A program made the position numbers and the translations under genes. A stretch of 64,000 bases of DNA from Microcoleus sp. (GTDB lineage: Bacteria; Cyanobacteriota; Cyanobacteriia; Cyanobacteriales; Microcoleaceae). Within the stretch, counting starts at the first letter, position 1. The number at the start of each line of letters is the position of its first letter. The notes below the pieces were generated by a model. The model saw only the letters and a program-made list of their open reading frames with translations, did no database searches and was not told the origin of the DNA. Below are positions 10,619-21,279 of the stretch, in pieces. The stretch spans positions 475,264 to 539,263 of the forward strand of contig JAYFMW010000003.1 in NCBI GenBank assembly GCA_042408215.1, read 5' to 3'.

Positions 10619-12031
10619 TTAAAATGCTGAAGTTACGGAGGGAGAGCGATCGCCCAAATCCTCCAACCACACATTAGGCAGTTGGCTGGGGCGGCTCGGT
10701 AACTCCATTAAACCCATTTCTGTCAGCCTGACTACATTACCGAGGGTTTCGACCAAGGCTGGATCGAAGCTCGTGTCACTGATTTCCCGGCATTTTTCCC
10801 AAGCTGCTGTCAAACTCAAAGCTGGACGATCGCCTCGCGCTTGAGTTAGCTCTTGAAAATAAGCGATTAACCCCAAAATCCGGGAAGCAATCGGTATCTC
10901 TGCGCCTCGCAAACCCTCTGGCTTGCCGCTGCCGTCCCAGTGTTCGAGTTTATGCTTGACAATTTCGGCGACAGGTGCTAGTTCCGGCATTGCTTGCAGG
11001 AGTTGGGAACCGATGAAACTGCGATCTCGCCAAAATGCCAGAGTCTGTTGGTCGAATTGATCGGGGGTGCGATCGAACACCTGATTCGGGGCCGAAACCA
11101 AGCCGACTCGAAACAGCAATCCCGCCAACCGCAGCCGCCGTAATTGCAAAGCCGGCAAATCCAAAAGTTGACCCAAAGTTTCCGACAAAGCCGCCACTTG
11201 CAAAGACGCGGTGGGATTTGCGGTATCGCGTTCATCCACGCGCTGGGCCATCCGTAGAAATGCTTGAAGTTTATTGGCGTTCAAATTGCGACTGACGCGC
11301 AAAGCTTGACCTTCTAATTCCCACAATTCTCTAGTTTGGCGGTTAATGGCCACCAGTTGCTGCTGAGAACTTTGGAGGTAAGTCACAATCCGCGTGACGA
11401 CACCGCTAATGTCAGCAAGGGGCGGGCCGACTGTGGTGAGGATTTCTTGGTGAATTTGCAGTAATTTGTCTGCGAGATGGCGATCGTAATGTCGCGTTTG
11501 TTCTATAAAAATTTCTGCCGCCGCCGACACCAAAGACTGGTCAAAGGACCACAAACCGTAGAATTTTCGCTCTGTATCTACTTCTGGCTTACCTTCGGGC
11601 AGGTATTCTGTGTGCGAAAGTTCGCGACAAAGCACCATTGCTTTGTAGGTTGGGGCGAGGATAATTAGATTCCATTCTTCGACTATGGGGTCGATCGGAT
11701 CTAGATTTACTAAAGATACATTTTCTAGTTGACCGGTTTTGTGGGTAGCAAAACCGCTATCGGCTACTGCGCCGATGACAACGCACCGAGACGCATTAGC
11801 AATATCCAGGTAGCGATCGGCTTCTTGCAAATACCATTTTCCCTGCTGGAATGTCACCAAAACCAGGGGTTTGACGGCGATATCGTCCCCGGCACTGGTT
11901 TGCAAGATGTGGTCTTCTAGGGCGTGACACAGGGCTACCAGGGTATTTTTGAAGTAAACCCCGTAGCTAGAAGGCAGTTTTCCGTCGGGAAGTGTAGCTT
12001 GTAGTCTGGCGAGAGTTGATTCTGGATTCAT
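10619..12031 (-). CDS. DICT sensory domain + HD-GYP-like domain protein
   Basis: YGVYFKNTLVALCHALED / FQQGKWYLQEADRY / EEWNLII (DICT); EHWDGSGKPEGLRGAEIPIASRIL (HD-GYP-like). Confidence 0.85.
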   Translation of the reverse strand: MNPESTLARLQATLPDGKLPSSYGVYFKNTLVALCHALEDHILQTSAGDDIAVKPLVLVTFQQGKWYLQEADRYLDIANASRCVVIGAVADSGFATHKTGQLENVSLVNLDPIDPIVEEWNLIILAPTYKAMVLCRELSHTEYLPEGKPEVDTERKFYGLWSFDQSLVSAAAEIFIEQTRHYDRHLADKLLQIHQEILTTVGPPLADISGVVTRIVTYLQSSQQQLVAINRQTRELWELEGQALRVSRNLNANKLQAFLRMAQRVDERDTANPTASLQVAALSETLGQLLDLPALQLRRLRLAGLLFRVGLVSAPNQVFDRTPDQFDQQTLAFWRDRSFIGSQLLQAMPELAPVAEIVKHKLEHWDGSGKPEGLRGAEIPIASRILGLIAYFQELTQARGDRPALSLTAAWEKCREISDTSFDPALVETLGNVVRLTEMGLMELPSRPSQLPNVWLEDLGDRSPSVTSAF

Positions 12032-12225
12032 TAACAAAACACGGTGCCGGCTCTTAATTCATTGTAGCGGGCGATCGGACTTCTGAATCAATCAATCAAT
12101 TTTAGATTTTAGATTTTAGATGAAAAAATTGGAGAAAAGGTGCGCCTCGGCGCACCTACCGGATAGATAGGCAAGGGTATTTCCTAGGTCTCTCAAAGCT
12201 TTTTCCGGTATAAAACAACTTTGTT

Positions 12226-12429
12226 TTATTTACCTTTCGACTCAGAAACATCTGCAATCAAATCGTCTTTATCAACTTTCGGGACAAAATCAGGGCGTTC
12301 TTTCGATTCCCAACCGGGGGGGCGCTTGGAGTTGTACCATGCAATGGAGCCGATACTAACAGCGGCAATAAATCCCACAACAAGAACTGCTATTGGAATC
12401 GTTAGGTTGCTATCTACCATTTGGTTCAA
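12226..12429 (-). CDS. psb35: Small single-TM protein, probable photosystem II assembly factor Psb35 family
   Basis: VVGFIAAVSIGSIAWYNSKRPPGWE..RPDFVPKV matches my recollection of this conserved cyanobacterial family. Confidence 0.6.
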   Translation of the reverse strand: MNQMVDSNLTIPIAVLVVGFIAAVSIGSIAWYNSKRPPGWESKERPDFVPKVDKDDLIADVSESKGK

Positions 12430-12664
12430 ATCCTGATTAACTCTACTTTTGTATAATTTTAAGTGCTAATGGCGTTTTGTCGATCTACCTGAAGACTGAA
12501 AAAGTGAGTAAATTGCCGTCAATCGATTTGAGATTTGGGATTTTAGATTTTAGATTGGAGAAAGTGACCCCGTCCTGATTCCTCGAAGGAATGAATCTTG
12601 GGGCTTCTACCCTGGATGCTTTCGGTCATAATGTTGAGATGTTGGAAATTGGAGGGCTAATTTT

Positions 12665-15600
12665 ATGCCGTTGGGGACAATAGCATTGCTGTTGGCTGCT
12701 AGTTTTGGTCTGGGTGCTTTACCGCTGACTCGATGGATGGTGCGAGTGTTGGCCGGCAAAGATTTGAGGGCGCTGGGCACGGGGAATGTTGGCGTGTCGG
12801 CTGCTTTCATTCACGGGGGAAAGTTAGCGGGAATTGCTGCGGTGTTGGCGGAAATTGCCAGAGGTATTATACCAGTTTTGGCTGCGCGATTTTGGTTCCC
12901 GGATCAAAGGGCGATCGCCCTTACCCTGTTAATTCCTCTAGTTGCGGGCCGATCGGCGATCGCCCGTGGAGGAGGTGTCACCAACGCTGTTTGGGGTGTT
13001 TTGGCATTTTCCCCGCCGGTGGCTGTCACATCGGGCATTTCGGGGCTACTGGTGTGGAGTTTGGCTGAAGTTGTGTGGGGTAAGGGCGATCGGGCGAGGC
13101 TGTTTGCTACCCGTTGCGGATGTCTGAGCACCCCAATCTGGGTTTGGGTGTGGCGGCAAAATATGGCAGAATTTTTAGCAGCAGCAGGATTAGCCTTGTT
13201 ATTAACAGCAATTAATCTCAGTCAGGGTGATGATATGGCTTTCTCTAAATCGGAACAATTGCTTTCTCTCGATGACTCGTTAGATGCTAAAGTCTGTGGG
13301 GATAAAGCTGCAAAATTGTCTCAACTGAAACGAGGAAATTTTAATGTACCGCCCGGTTGGATATTATTAAAAGAATCGGGCATCGGGAATCGGAAATCGG
13401 GCCTAGAAAATCGAAAATTGAGAATGGGGTCTTCAGAAAACAGTGAAAATTTATCAATCCCTAATTCTTTAATCGAACATCTAAAATCCCAAATCCCAAA
13501 TCGGATGATTGTGCGATCTTCTGCTGCGGGAGAAGACGGCGATATTAGTTCGGCGGCTGGACAATATCAAACCATTGGCCCAGTTTTCACTGAAACAGAA
13601 TTGAGCAATGCAATTAATAGCTGTCGCCAGTCTTATTGGACTTCCGAAGCAGTTGCTTACCGTCGCCAGCGACAATTACCCGATACCCAAATGGCTGTAT
13701 TAATTCAGCCTTATATTGACAGCAAAATTGCCGGAGTCATGTTCAGCCGCAATCCTTTAGACGGCGGTTCCCAGGTAATTATTGAAGCTTTACCGGGAGG
13801 AGCAGAATCAGTTGTCGGCGGACAATTTACTCCGGTGCATTTAGAAATTGATTTTAGTACATCTGAATCATTAGAACAAAGTTTAATTGAAATAGGACTT
13901 AACCCGGTGGTTGAGTCAAGTCAAAACCCGGAGGTTGAGTCAAGTCAAAACCCGGAGGTTGAGTCAAGTCAAAACCCGGAGGTTGAGTCAAGTCAAAACC
14001 CGGAGGTGGAGTCAAGTCAAAACCCGGAGGTTGAGTCAAGTCGGAGGTTGAGCGAAGTCGAAACCCCGGAGGTGGAGTCAAGTCAAAACCCGGAGGTGGA
14101 GTCAAGTCAAAACCCGGAGGTGGAGTCAAGTCAAAACCCGGAGGTGGAGTCAAGTCAAAACCCGGAGGTTGAGCGAAGTCGAAACCCGGTTTCTTTGTCG
14201 GAGTGCATCCAGGATTGTGAAATTAAAACTAATTCAATTATTGATAAATCCATTGTAGCAGAATTAGTAAAACAAGCGCAAGCAATCGAAGCATTTTTTC
14301 ATGGAATACCCCAGGATATTGAGTGGAGTTGGGATGGCGAAAAACTATGGATTTTGCAAAGTCGCCCGATTACTAATTTGCAGCCTTTTTGGACGCGAAC
14401 TATTGCAGCAGAAGTGATTCCAGGTGCAATTCGTCCGCTAACTTGGTCGATTAATCGCCCGCTGACTTGCGGGGTTTGGGGGGAAATATTTAAGGTGGTT
14501 TTAGGCGAGAGAGCAGCTAATTTAAACTTTAATGAAACTGCAACTTTGCTGGGTTCTCACGCTTATTTTAATGCGACTTTGTTGGGCGAAATCTTTCGGA
14601 TGATGGGATTACCTGAGCAGGGTTTGGAATTTTTGCTGAGAGGGCAAAAAATGGGCAAGCCGCCTTTGGGGAAGATTTTGCCCTCTTTGCCCGGTTTGTG
14701 GCGTCTGGTGCAGCGGGAGAGGGCGCTAAATGCAGAATTTAAGGGCGATCGTACTTCTATTTTCCTCCCCGCACTGGAAAGTTTGCAGAAGGAAGAAGGA
14801 AGTTCAGCAACAGATTATGTAACGGATTTAACGGATTTAACGGAATTGTTGGAGAGAGCAGAGCAAATTCAGGAGTGGCTGAAACCGATTACTTACTACA
14901 ATATATTAGGTCCGATCGGGCTGGCAATTCGTAAAGCAATTTTTCGCGTTTCCGATGAATGGCTGGACAATGACAGCGCTCCTGAAATCGCATCGGTGCG
15001 AGCTTTACAGCAGTTAGCCCAAAAGTTGCGACAAGCTGCGATTTCGCAATCTGACAAAACTATTTCCTTCGCACAATTAACACAGGTATTTGAAGAAAAT
15101 TCGGCTCTGCTTGCAGAGTTTGAAAAGTGGCTTAATACTTACGGATATTTGAGCGAAGTGGGGACGGATATCGCTGTTCCTACTTGGCGAGAACAACCGG
15201 AAACTTACCAAAAACTGTTAGTAAATATGGCGACAAAATCCGCTGTAAATAATTTAGTCGAAAAGCGTGAATTGCCCTTGACTTTTTGGCAGAAGTGGCG
15301 ATTGGATAAATGTCAGGAGCGAGCTACAGTCAAAAACGAGATTAGCCAAGTTTACGCCCGGTTGTTGGCTCATTTGCGCTGGACTTTTTTGGAGATAGAA
15401 GCTGGCGGCTTAGCAATGGAGGTATTTCAGGAAGCTGGGGATATCTTTTATTTAGAATTTGGGGAGATTCAGCAGTGGATACGGAGCGGTGCTAGTGTTT
15501 CGTTTCAGGATACAATTAGGGAAAGGCGCGAACAGTTAAAAGCCGATCGCGATCGCCCGATTCCCCCTGTAGTCTACGGCAATCTGCTGCCAAATTCTCA

Positions 15601-15949
15601 GAAAAGGTCGATCGAACCAGCCACATCCGAAACTAACATCATGCAGGGAATTCCCGCAAGTATCGGCCGTGTCGAAGGCTTTGTCAAGATTTGTCGCACC
15701 GTGACCACAGATTTAGGAGAAAATGCGATCGTAGTAGTCCCATACACCGACGCAGGTTGGGCACCGCTGCTATTAGGAGCAACAGCAATTATCGCCGAAG
15801 TTGGCGGCCAACTATCTCACGGAGCAATTATCGCCCGCGAGTACAAAATTCCCGCAGTGATGAATATTTCCGAAGCCACAACTCGCCTGCGAGACGGTCA
15901 AAAAGTCCGAGTAGACGGCTATCTCGGCACCGTAGAATTGCTGGAATAA
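12665..15949 (+). CDS. PlsY-like acyltransferase domain fused to PEP-synthase-type ATP-grasp and His-swivel (PEP-utiliser) domains
   Basis: DLRALGTGNVGVS (PlsY-like), IVRSSAAGED, PQDIEWSWDGEKLWILQSRPIT, GGQLSHGAIIAREYKIPAV. Confidence 0.88.
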   Translation: MPLGTIALLLAASFGLGALPLTRWMVRVLAGKDLRALGTGNVGVSAAFIHGGKLAGIAAVLAEIARGIIPVLAARFWFPDQRAIALTLLIPLVAGRSAIARGGGVTNAVWGVLAFSPPVAVTSGISGLLVWSLAEVVWGKGDRARLFATRCGCLSTPIWVWVWRQNMAEFLAAAGLALLLTAINLSQGDDMAFSKSEQLLSLDDSLDAKVCGDKAAKLSQLKRGNFNVPPGWILLKESGIGNRKSGLENRKLRMGSSENSENLSIPNSLIEHLKSQIPNRMIVRSSAAGEDGDISSAAGQYQTIGPVFTETELSNAINSCRQSYWTSEAVAYRRQRQLPDTQMAVLIQPYIDSKIAGVMFSRNPLDGGSQVIIEALPGGAESVVGGQFTPVHLEIDFSTSESLEQSLIEIGLNPVVESSQNPEVESSQNPEVESSQNPEVESSQNPEVESSQNPEVESSRRLSEVETPEVESSQNPEVESSQNPEVESSQNPEVESSQNPEVERSRNPVSLSECIQDCEIKTNSIIDKSIVAELVKQAQAIEAFFHGIPQDIEWSWDGEKLWILQSRPITNLQPFWTRTIAAEVIPGAIRPLTWSINRPLTCGVWGEIFKVVLGERAANLNFNETATLLGSHAYFNATLLGEIFRMMGLPEQGLEFLLRGQKMGKPPLGKILPSLPGLWRLVQRERALNAEFKGDRTSIFLPALESLQKEEGSSATDYVTDLTDLTELLERAEQIQEWLKPITYYNILGPIGLAIRKAIFRVSDEWLDNDSAPEIASVRALQQLAQKLRQAAISQSDKTISFAQLTQVFEENSALLAEFEKWLNTYGYLSEVGTDIAVPTWREQPETYQKLLVNMATKSAVNNLVEKRELPLTFWQKWRLDKCQERATVKNEISQVYARLLAHLRWTFLEIEAGGLAMEVFQEAGDIFYLEFGEIQQWIRSGASVSFQDTIRERREQLKADRDRPIPPVVYGNLLPNSQKRSIEPATSETNIMQGIPASIGRVEGFVKICRTVTTDLGENAIVVVPYTDAGWAPLLLGATAIIAEVGGQLSHGAIIAREYKIPAVMNISEATTRLRDGQKVRVDGYLGTVELLE
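13901..14195 (+). repeat. In-frame 24-bp tandem repeat (AACCCGGAGGT(T/G)GAGTCAAGTCAA; NPEVESSQ), about 12 units
   Basis: Directly visible; terminal units contain GGTTGAGCGAAGTCGAAACC, similar to the intergenic repeat at ~63885-63916. Confidence 0.92.
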
Positions 15950-16062
15950 ACGGAAAGAAAAATGTAAAAATTCATACATTCTGTAGGGGCGGGTTCCACC
16001 AACAATAATTGCCCAAAACAAACAATCTCGCAAACCCGCCCCCACCCCACAAAAAACCTTTC

Positions 16063-17793
16063 CTAAGCCTTTAAGAAATTCTGGACAACATAGTTCCCTA
16101 CATTTCTACCAGAACTCAAACCATCTACATTAGCACTCATGAAATGGATGCCTCCGTAAATGCGACTCATGCCCGATTCATCAGCCGCTTGGCCAAAGTT
16201 TTCATAAGTTCGCAAACTATTGATAGACTTATCTCCCTTGTCCCCAAAGCCAAAATCCGAACCAAATACAGAGTTCATAACAGCCTCTCCTGCACCGCTA
16301 AAGGTACTGTGTCCCGACATATACTCCGGGAAAGGCGGAGTAGTTAGCAGTGGCTGCCACTGAGGGTCGGCTGTGGTGTTAGGATTATTGTCTTTGTCAG
16401 CTTGGCTGATAGCTGTGATGGGCCGCCAGAAGTTGTATTGATACTTGGAATCCCAGCAGATAATAGCTGCATCGGCGAGGGCAATATTTAGCAGGGCGAA
16501 CAACCGGGCGCAATCTTCCAGGGAGTTACCCGTGAGGGCCGATACATCTTCGGCGATTTGGTTCCAGTGGCCCGGAGGCGCAAACGTACCTGCGCCGTTA
16601 GCCCAGAAGTTGCCGATCTCAGCTTGATCAGGGGTGCGCGTGAGACTGTCAATTTTGCCGATTTCTTTGACGTAGTTCAATTCCTCTGCGTACTTGGCGC
16701 TGTCGAGGGCGGGGGGGCCCGACGGGCGAAATTGAGAACCGCTAGTCATCGCAAAGGGAGTAACCTCCGGCCACTGCGGCGACAGCCCTGGGGCAAAATC
16801 GGGGGGAGTCGGAACCCAACTGCCGGGGTCGGTTTTGGGGATGTACTCCACGACTTTGCTGGCGCCGTCTGTACTCCGCCAAGCGATAATTTGGTCGGCA
16901 ACTTGCTGTCCGAGGGCGATACCGTCGTCTTTGGATTTCCCGTCGGGGATTTTGGCTAAAGACGATGTGTATGCTTCATTGAATTTGACCGCTTGGGCTG
17001 GATAAACGCTGACTAAGACGCGGTGGGCTGCGGCGGCTGTGGCGGCTTCTTCTGACGCGCCTGCTGGTGCATCTATGTTGACCCGGTAAGGGCTATATTT
17101 TTTACTAATAGAGTTAACAGCATCGTAAATAGCTGCGTGAACCATTGCCATGTTGCGGGAGGCTAGGGGAGGTGCGGTGCTGTCTGTCCGCACGGCGTCG
17201 AGTAAGCTGGCGTTCCAGTCTGTGACGGGGTTTCCTGATATGTGAGTTGTGAAGTTGTTGCGGTTGATGGTGCTACTGTTGACTCCTGGTAATACTGCTA
17301 AGAATTCACCCGTGAGTTTGTCTTGAATTACGGTGCTGTTGCTGTTAGCGCCAGTGCCTGGTTGGATGTTTAAATCTTCAAAGGTGAGACCGTCGAGCAA
17401 TCGAATTTTATCATTGCCGTTGCTGAAGTCGGCGATGTAGTCGGCTGTGGCTACAGTTGAGCCGCCACTGCGTTTAGCAATGGCAAATATATCATCGCCT
17501 TCGCCACCGGTGATGCTATCGCTGCCTGCGCCGGCGTAAATGGTGTCGTTCCCGGAGTTGCCGGAAATTACGTCGCCGCCTTTGCCTCCCCAGATGATGT
17601 CGTCGTCTGCACCACCGAATATCGTATCGTTGCCTTGGTCGCCACAGATTTTGTCTTTGCCTGTATCGCCTTCGATGAAGTCGTCTCCGCTATTGGCGTA
17701 AATTATGTCGTTGCCATCCAAGCCGTTAATTCTGTCTGATTCGGACGTTCCTTGGAGATAGTCAAATTTGGCAGTACCTGTGATGGATGTCAT
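16063..17793 (-). CDS. RTX/Ca-binding repeat protein fused to a vanadium haloperoxidase/PAP2-superfamily domain
   Basis: GGxGxD-like nonapeptides at the N-terminus; KYQYNFWRP, PEYMSGHS and SRIYGGIHF motifs. Confidence 0.88.
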   Translation of the reverse strand: MTSITGTAKFDYLQGTSESDRINGLDGNDIIYANSGDDFIEGDTGKDKICGDQGNDTIFGGADDDIIWGGKGGDVISGNSGNDTIYAGAGSDSITGGEGDDIFAIAKRSGGSTVATADYIADFSNGNDKIRLLDGLTFEDLNIQPGTGANSNSTVIQDKLTGEFLAVLPGVNSSTINRNNFTTHISGNPVTDWNASLLDAVRTDSTAPPLASRNMAMVHAAIYDAVNSISKKYSPYRVNIDAPAGASEEAATAAAAHRVLVSVYPAQAVKFNEAYTSSLAKIPDGKSKDDGIALGQQVADQIIAWRSTDGASKVVEYIPKTDPGSWVPTPPDFAPGLSPQWPEVTPFAMTSGSQFRPSGPPALDSAKYAEELNYVKEIGKIDSLTRTPDQAEIGNFWANGAGTFAPPGHWNQIAEDVSALTGNSLEDCARLFALLNIALADAAIICWDSKYQYNFWRPITAISQADKDNNPNTTADPQWQPLLTTPPFPEYMSGHSTFSGAGEAVMNSVFGSDFGFGDKGDKSINSLRTYENFGQAADESGMSRIYGGIHFMSANVDGLSSGRNVGNYVVQNFLKA

Positions 17794-18108
17794 TGGTATA
17801 ATTTGATTTTTTGTATTAACTAGCTAAAACTATTAGCAGTTATAAATGCTAAGACCTGTTAGCTGGCAATTTCATATTAGTAAACTTTCGGGTTAGTTAG
17901 GAAACATCGCACCGTAACTTAATTAAATCTTTAGTATTTAACGGGTTTTTATGATTTTTTTTCGCTGTAAATATGCGTATAAATACGGTCATCAAAACTA
18001 ATTTAAATACTGCATATTTGTTAAATACTTACAATAAAACTGTTTTTTTAATGTTTAGATAAATACAGGGCGATCGATCTATCCCCGCCGTAGGGACAGG
18101 GCATTGCC

Positions 18109-18305
18109 TATTAGTGTCAACTTAACTTCTAACCCAGTCACAGACTGCTGTTTGACTATTAAGCCCAGATCCCCCCTAACCCCCCTTAAGAAGGGGGGGA
18201 TAAGAGTTCGATCAAAGTCCCCCTTCTTAAGGGGGATTTAGGGGGATCTAGACTTAGGTAAAAGCGAGAGATACCAAGGGTTTCAGGCTTAAGTTGACAC
18301 CAATG
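18109..18305. mobile_element. MITE-like element with CATTGGTGTCAACTTAA-type TIRs and 9-bp TSD, inside a GTAG palindrome
   Basis: TATTAGTGTCAACTTAA...TTAAGTTGACACCAATG; GGCATTGCC duplicated at 18100-18108 and 18306-18314. Confidence 0.8.
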
Positions 18306-18403
18306 GGCATTGCCCTGTCCCTACTTGATCAACCTGGAATACGCTGTATGTTTTTGATTACCATAAAAGGAGCGTATTGTGTAACTAAATAAGTAAATAT
18401 TTA

Positions 18404-19624
18404 TTAAGCACTTCTCAAGGCTGCGATCGGGTCGAGTTTGGCGGCTTGGCGGGCGGGGATCACGCCGAAGAAGAGGCCGACGCCACCGGATACACTGACT
18501 GCAAGGGCGATCGCCACTGGGGATATTCCAGCTTGCAGGGGAGTGAAATTACCTAGGAGCAAAATACCGGTGACACCTACGCAAGTGCCGACTAAGCCCC
18601 CGGCGGCGGATAAAATCACAGCTTCGACAATAAATTGAAACAGGATATCTTGTTGGGATGCTCCGATCGCCTTTCTGAGCCCAATTTCCTGAGTGCGTTC
18701 GCTGACGGACACCAGCATAATATTCATAATACCAATTCCGCCGACTAATAGGGAAATGCTAGCAACAGCAGTTAACATAATAGTCAGAGCGCCGGAAATT
18801 GCACCCATTCTTGCCATTAAATCTTTCTGATTTCTAACAGTAAAGTCATCTTCTGTGGTAATTTTGTGTCGCAATCTCAGCAGGTTTTCTACCTGAAATT
18901 GAGCCGCCTCCATTTGCGATTCATCTTTAATAGAAATAAACAGCGAGGTGACAGCTAAACCGTAGGGAGATGTCCGCCCGACAATCCGGTTTGCCATTGT
19001 GGCGATCGGCACTGCGGCGGAATTGTCATAATTCGTGCCAAAAGATGTGCCTTTTGGTGCCAATACTCCAATTACTTTAAGACTGACATTTTTAATCCGT
19101 ATCTGTTCGCCCAAGGGATTTGTATTGCCAAAAAGTTTCTCGGCTAATTCTGAACCGAGAACCACAACTTGGTTACTTTGTTTGACATCAATATCTGTCA
19201 AAAACCGCCCTTTAGCCATTTCAAACTTTCGGACTTCCAGAAATTCGGGAATCGTGCCAAAAATGAGAGCCGAAACATTTTTGTTGCTGTAGCGAACTAT
19301 TTCGGAACTATTAAGTTCTGCTGAGACACCTTGAACCGAAGGGACTTGAGTGGCGATCGCCTTTGCGTCTGGTAGTACGAGGGTTTGAGGCGCATTTGAG
19401 ATGGCATTTCGCCTAGCGTTAGGTACTCCAGCCCTGACGATTAATACATTTGTACCGAGGGATTGAACTTGTCCCGCTACAAATTTTTGAGCGCCTTCTC
19501 CAACTCCAATCATCGCAATCACTGAGGCGTTGCCGACAATCATCCCAATCATTGTTAAACTACTGCGGGTTTTGTTAGCTAGTAGGGTTTGACCGGCCAT
19601 TTTGACGCTTTCAATAAAATTCAT
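18404..19624 (-). CDS. ABC transporter permease, MacB/FtsX family
   Basis: ANKTRSSLTMIGMIVG and SLLVGGIGIMNIMLVSVSERTQEIGLRKAIGA; likely start ATG 19624. Confidence 0.93.
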   Translation of the reverse strand: MNFIESVKMAGQTLLANKTRSSLTMIGMIVGNASVIAMIGVGEGAQKFVAGQVQSLGTNVLIVRAGVPNARRNAISNAPQTLVLPDAKAIATQVPSVQGVSAELNSSEIVRYSNKNVSALIFGTIPEFLEVRKFEMAKGRFLTDIDVKQSNQVVVLGSELAEKLFGNTNPLGEQIRIKNVSLKVIGVLAPKGTSFGTNYDNSAAVPIATMANRIVGRTSPYGLAVTSLFISIKDESQMEAAQFQVENLLRLRHKITTEDDFTVRNQKDLMARMGAISGALTIMLTAVASISLLVGGIGIMNIMLVSVSERTQEIGLRKAIGASQQDILFQFIVEAVILSAAGGLVGTCVGVTGILLLGNFTPLQAGISPVAIALAVSVSGGVGLFFGVIPARQAAKLDPIAALRSA

Positions 19625-19855
19625 AATTTGGGAATGGGGAATTGGGCATCGGGCATCGGGCATTGGGCATTGGCCAAAGAGGGAATTGGTAATTGAAACC
19701 AACAAATAACCAATGACTAATGACTAATGATTAATAGACCTCTCCTAAAAAGATAGCGAAGAACAGGCATCCTGCCTGTTCCACAATAATTATGGGAGAT
19801 GTCTAATGACTACTGACTAATGACTACTGACTAATGACTACTGACTAATGACTTC

Positions 19856-21073
19856 TTAAGCACTTCTGAGTGCAACGATCGGGTCTAGTTTAGCAGCTTG
19901 TTTTGCGGGTACAATGCCGAAAAATAAGCCGATGCTGCCGGAAACGCCGACTGCAAGGGCGATCGCCACTGGGGAAACACTAGCTTGCAGAGGAGTGAAC
20001 GCACCTACCAAAAGCACGCCACCGATACCGAATCCAGTGCCGATCGCACCACCAGCCGCCGACAAAATCACAGATTCAATCATAAACTGAATTAGGATAT
20101 CTTGCTGAGAAGCTCCGATCGCCTTTCTGAGTCCAATTTCCTTAGTACGTTCAGTAACAGAAACCAGCATAATATTCATAATCCCGATGCCGCCGACAAA
20201 CAGCGAAATTGCCGCCACGAAAGCCAACATCAACGTCAAAGCCTCAGTAATACTGCCCAAAGTCTTCATTAAATCTTTCTGATTTCGGACAGTAAAATCA
20301 TCCTCCTTAGTAATTTTGTGACGCAACCTGAGCAGATTTTCTATTTGAAATTGAGCGGCTTGCATCATAGTTTCATCTTTGATGGAAACCGAAATAAATG
20401 TGACTTTTGTACCGTAGGGAGACGTTCTACCTACGATGCGATTTGCCATTGTTGTCAGCGGCAAATAAACGTTCATATCTTGATTGTCACCAAAGCTGGA
20501 ACCCTTTGCCTGCATGACCCCTATCACTTGAAAAGTCGAATTTTTGATGCGGATATATTGACCAATTGGCGGTGTATTACCAAACAATTGTTCTGCTGCT
20601 TCTGAACCTAAAGCTACTACATTTTCTTGTCTTTCTAAATCGAGTTTGTTTAAAAAACGACCTTGACCAACATCAAAGCTTCTGACTGTCAGAAATTCTG
20701 GGGTAGTTCCGACAATGGAAGATGAGACATTTTTGTTACGATAGGTAACGAGTTGACTATCATTGAGACTGGGTGCGACTTCTTGGACAGAAGCAACTTG
20801 AGATGCGATCGCATCTGCATCTTCCAACACCAATGTCTGGGGCGGAATCACGGGGCGAGTTTGTGCTTCTGGACTTCCGGGAATAATAAATAGCAAGTTT
20901 GACCCCAGAGAGTTAACTTGTCCCTCGATAAATGTTTGAGCTCCTTCGCCGATGCCAATCATCGAAATTACGGAAGCATTACCGATGATAATTCCTAACA
21001 TCGTCAAGCTACTGCGAAGTTTGTTTCCCATCAAAGTTGTGACGGCCATTTTGACGCTTTCAACAATGTCCAT
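19856..21073 (-). CDS. ABC transporter permease, MacB/FtsX family (paralog)
   Basis: Same MacB permease motifs; clearly similar to the downstream gene. Confidence 0.93.
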   Translation of the reverse strand: MDIVESVKMAVTTLMGNKLRSSLTMLGIIIGNASVISMIGIGEGAQTFIEGQVNSLGSNLLFIIPGSPEAQTRPVIPPQTLVLEDADAIASQVASVQEVAPSLNDSQLVTYRNKNVSSSIVGTTPEFLTVRSFDVGQGRFLNKLDLERQENVVALGSEAAEQLFGNTPPIGQYIRIKNSTFQVIGVMQAKGSSFGDNQDMNVYLPLTTMANRIVGRTSPYGTKVTFISVSIKDETMMQAAQFQIENLLRLRHKITKEDDFTVRNQKDLMKTLGSITEALTLMLAFVAAISLFVGGIGIMNIMLVSVTERTKEIGLRKAIGASQQDILIQFMIESVILSAAGGAIGTGFGIGGVLLVGAFTPLQASVSPVAIALAVGVSGSIGLFFGIVPAKQAAKLDPIVALRSA

Positions 21074-21279
21074 AGTTTTTAGTCATTAGTCATTGGTCAT
21101 TAGTTATTAGTCAGTAATTATTAGTTATTGGTCATTAGTCATATCATGTCCGCGTCAATAAACGTAAATTATGTAAGGCGGTTTCACCCGTATCTATGCT
21201 TTAAATCCAGGATATTTGTAAACCCGCCCTGCCACAGCTAATGACTAATGACTAATGACTAATGACTAATGACTAATGA

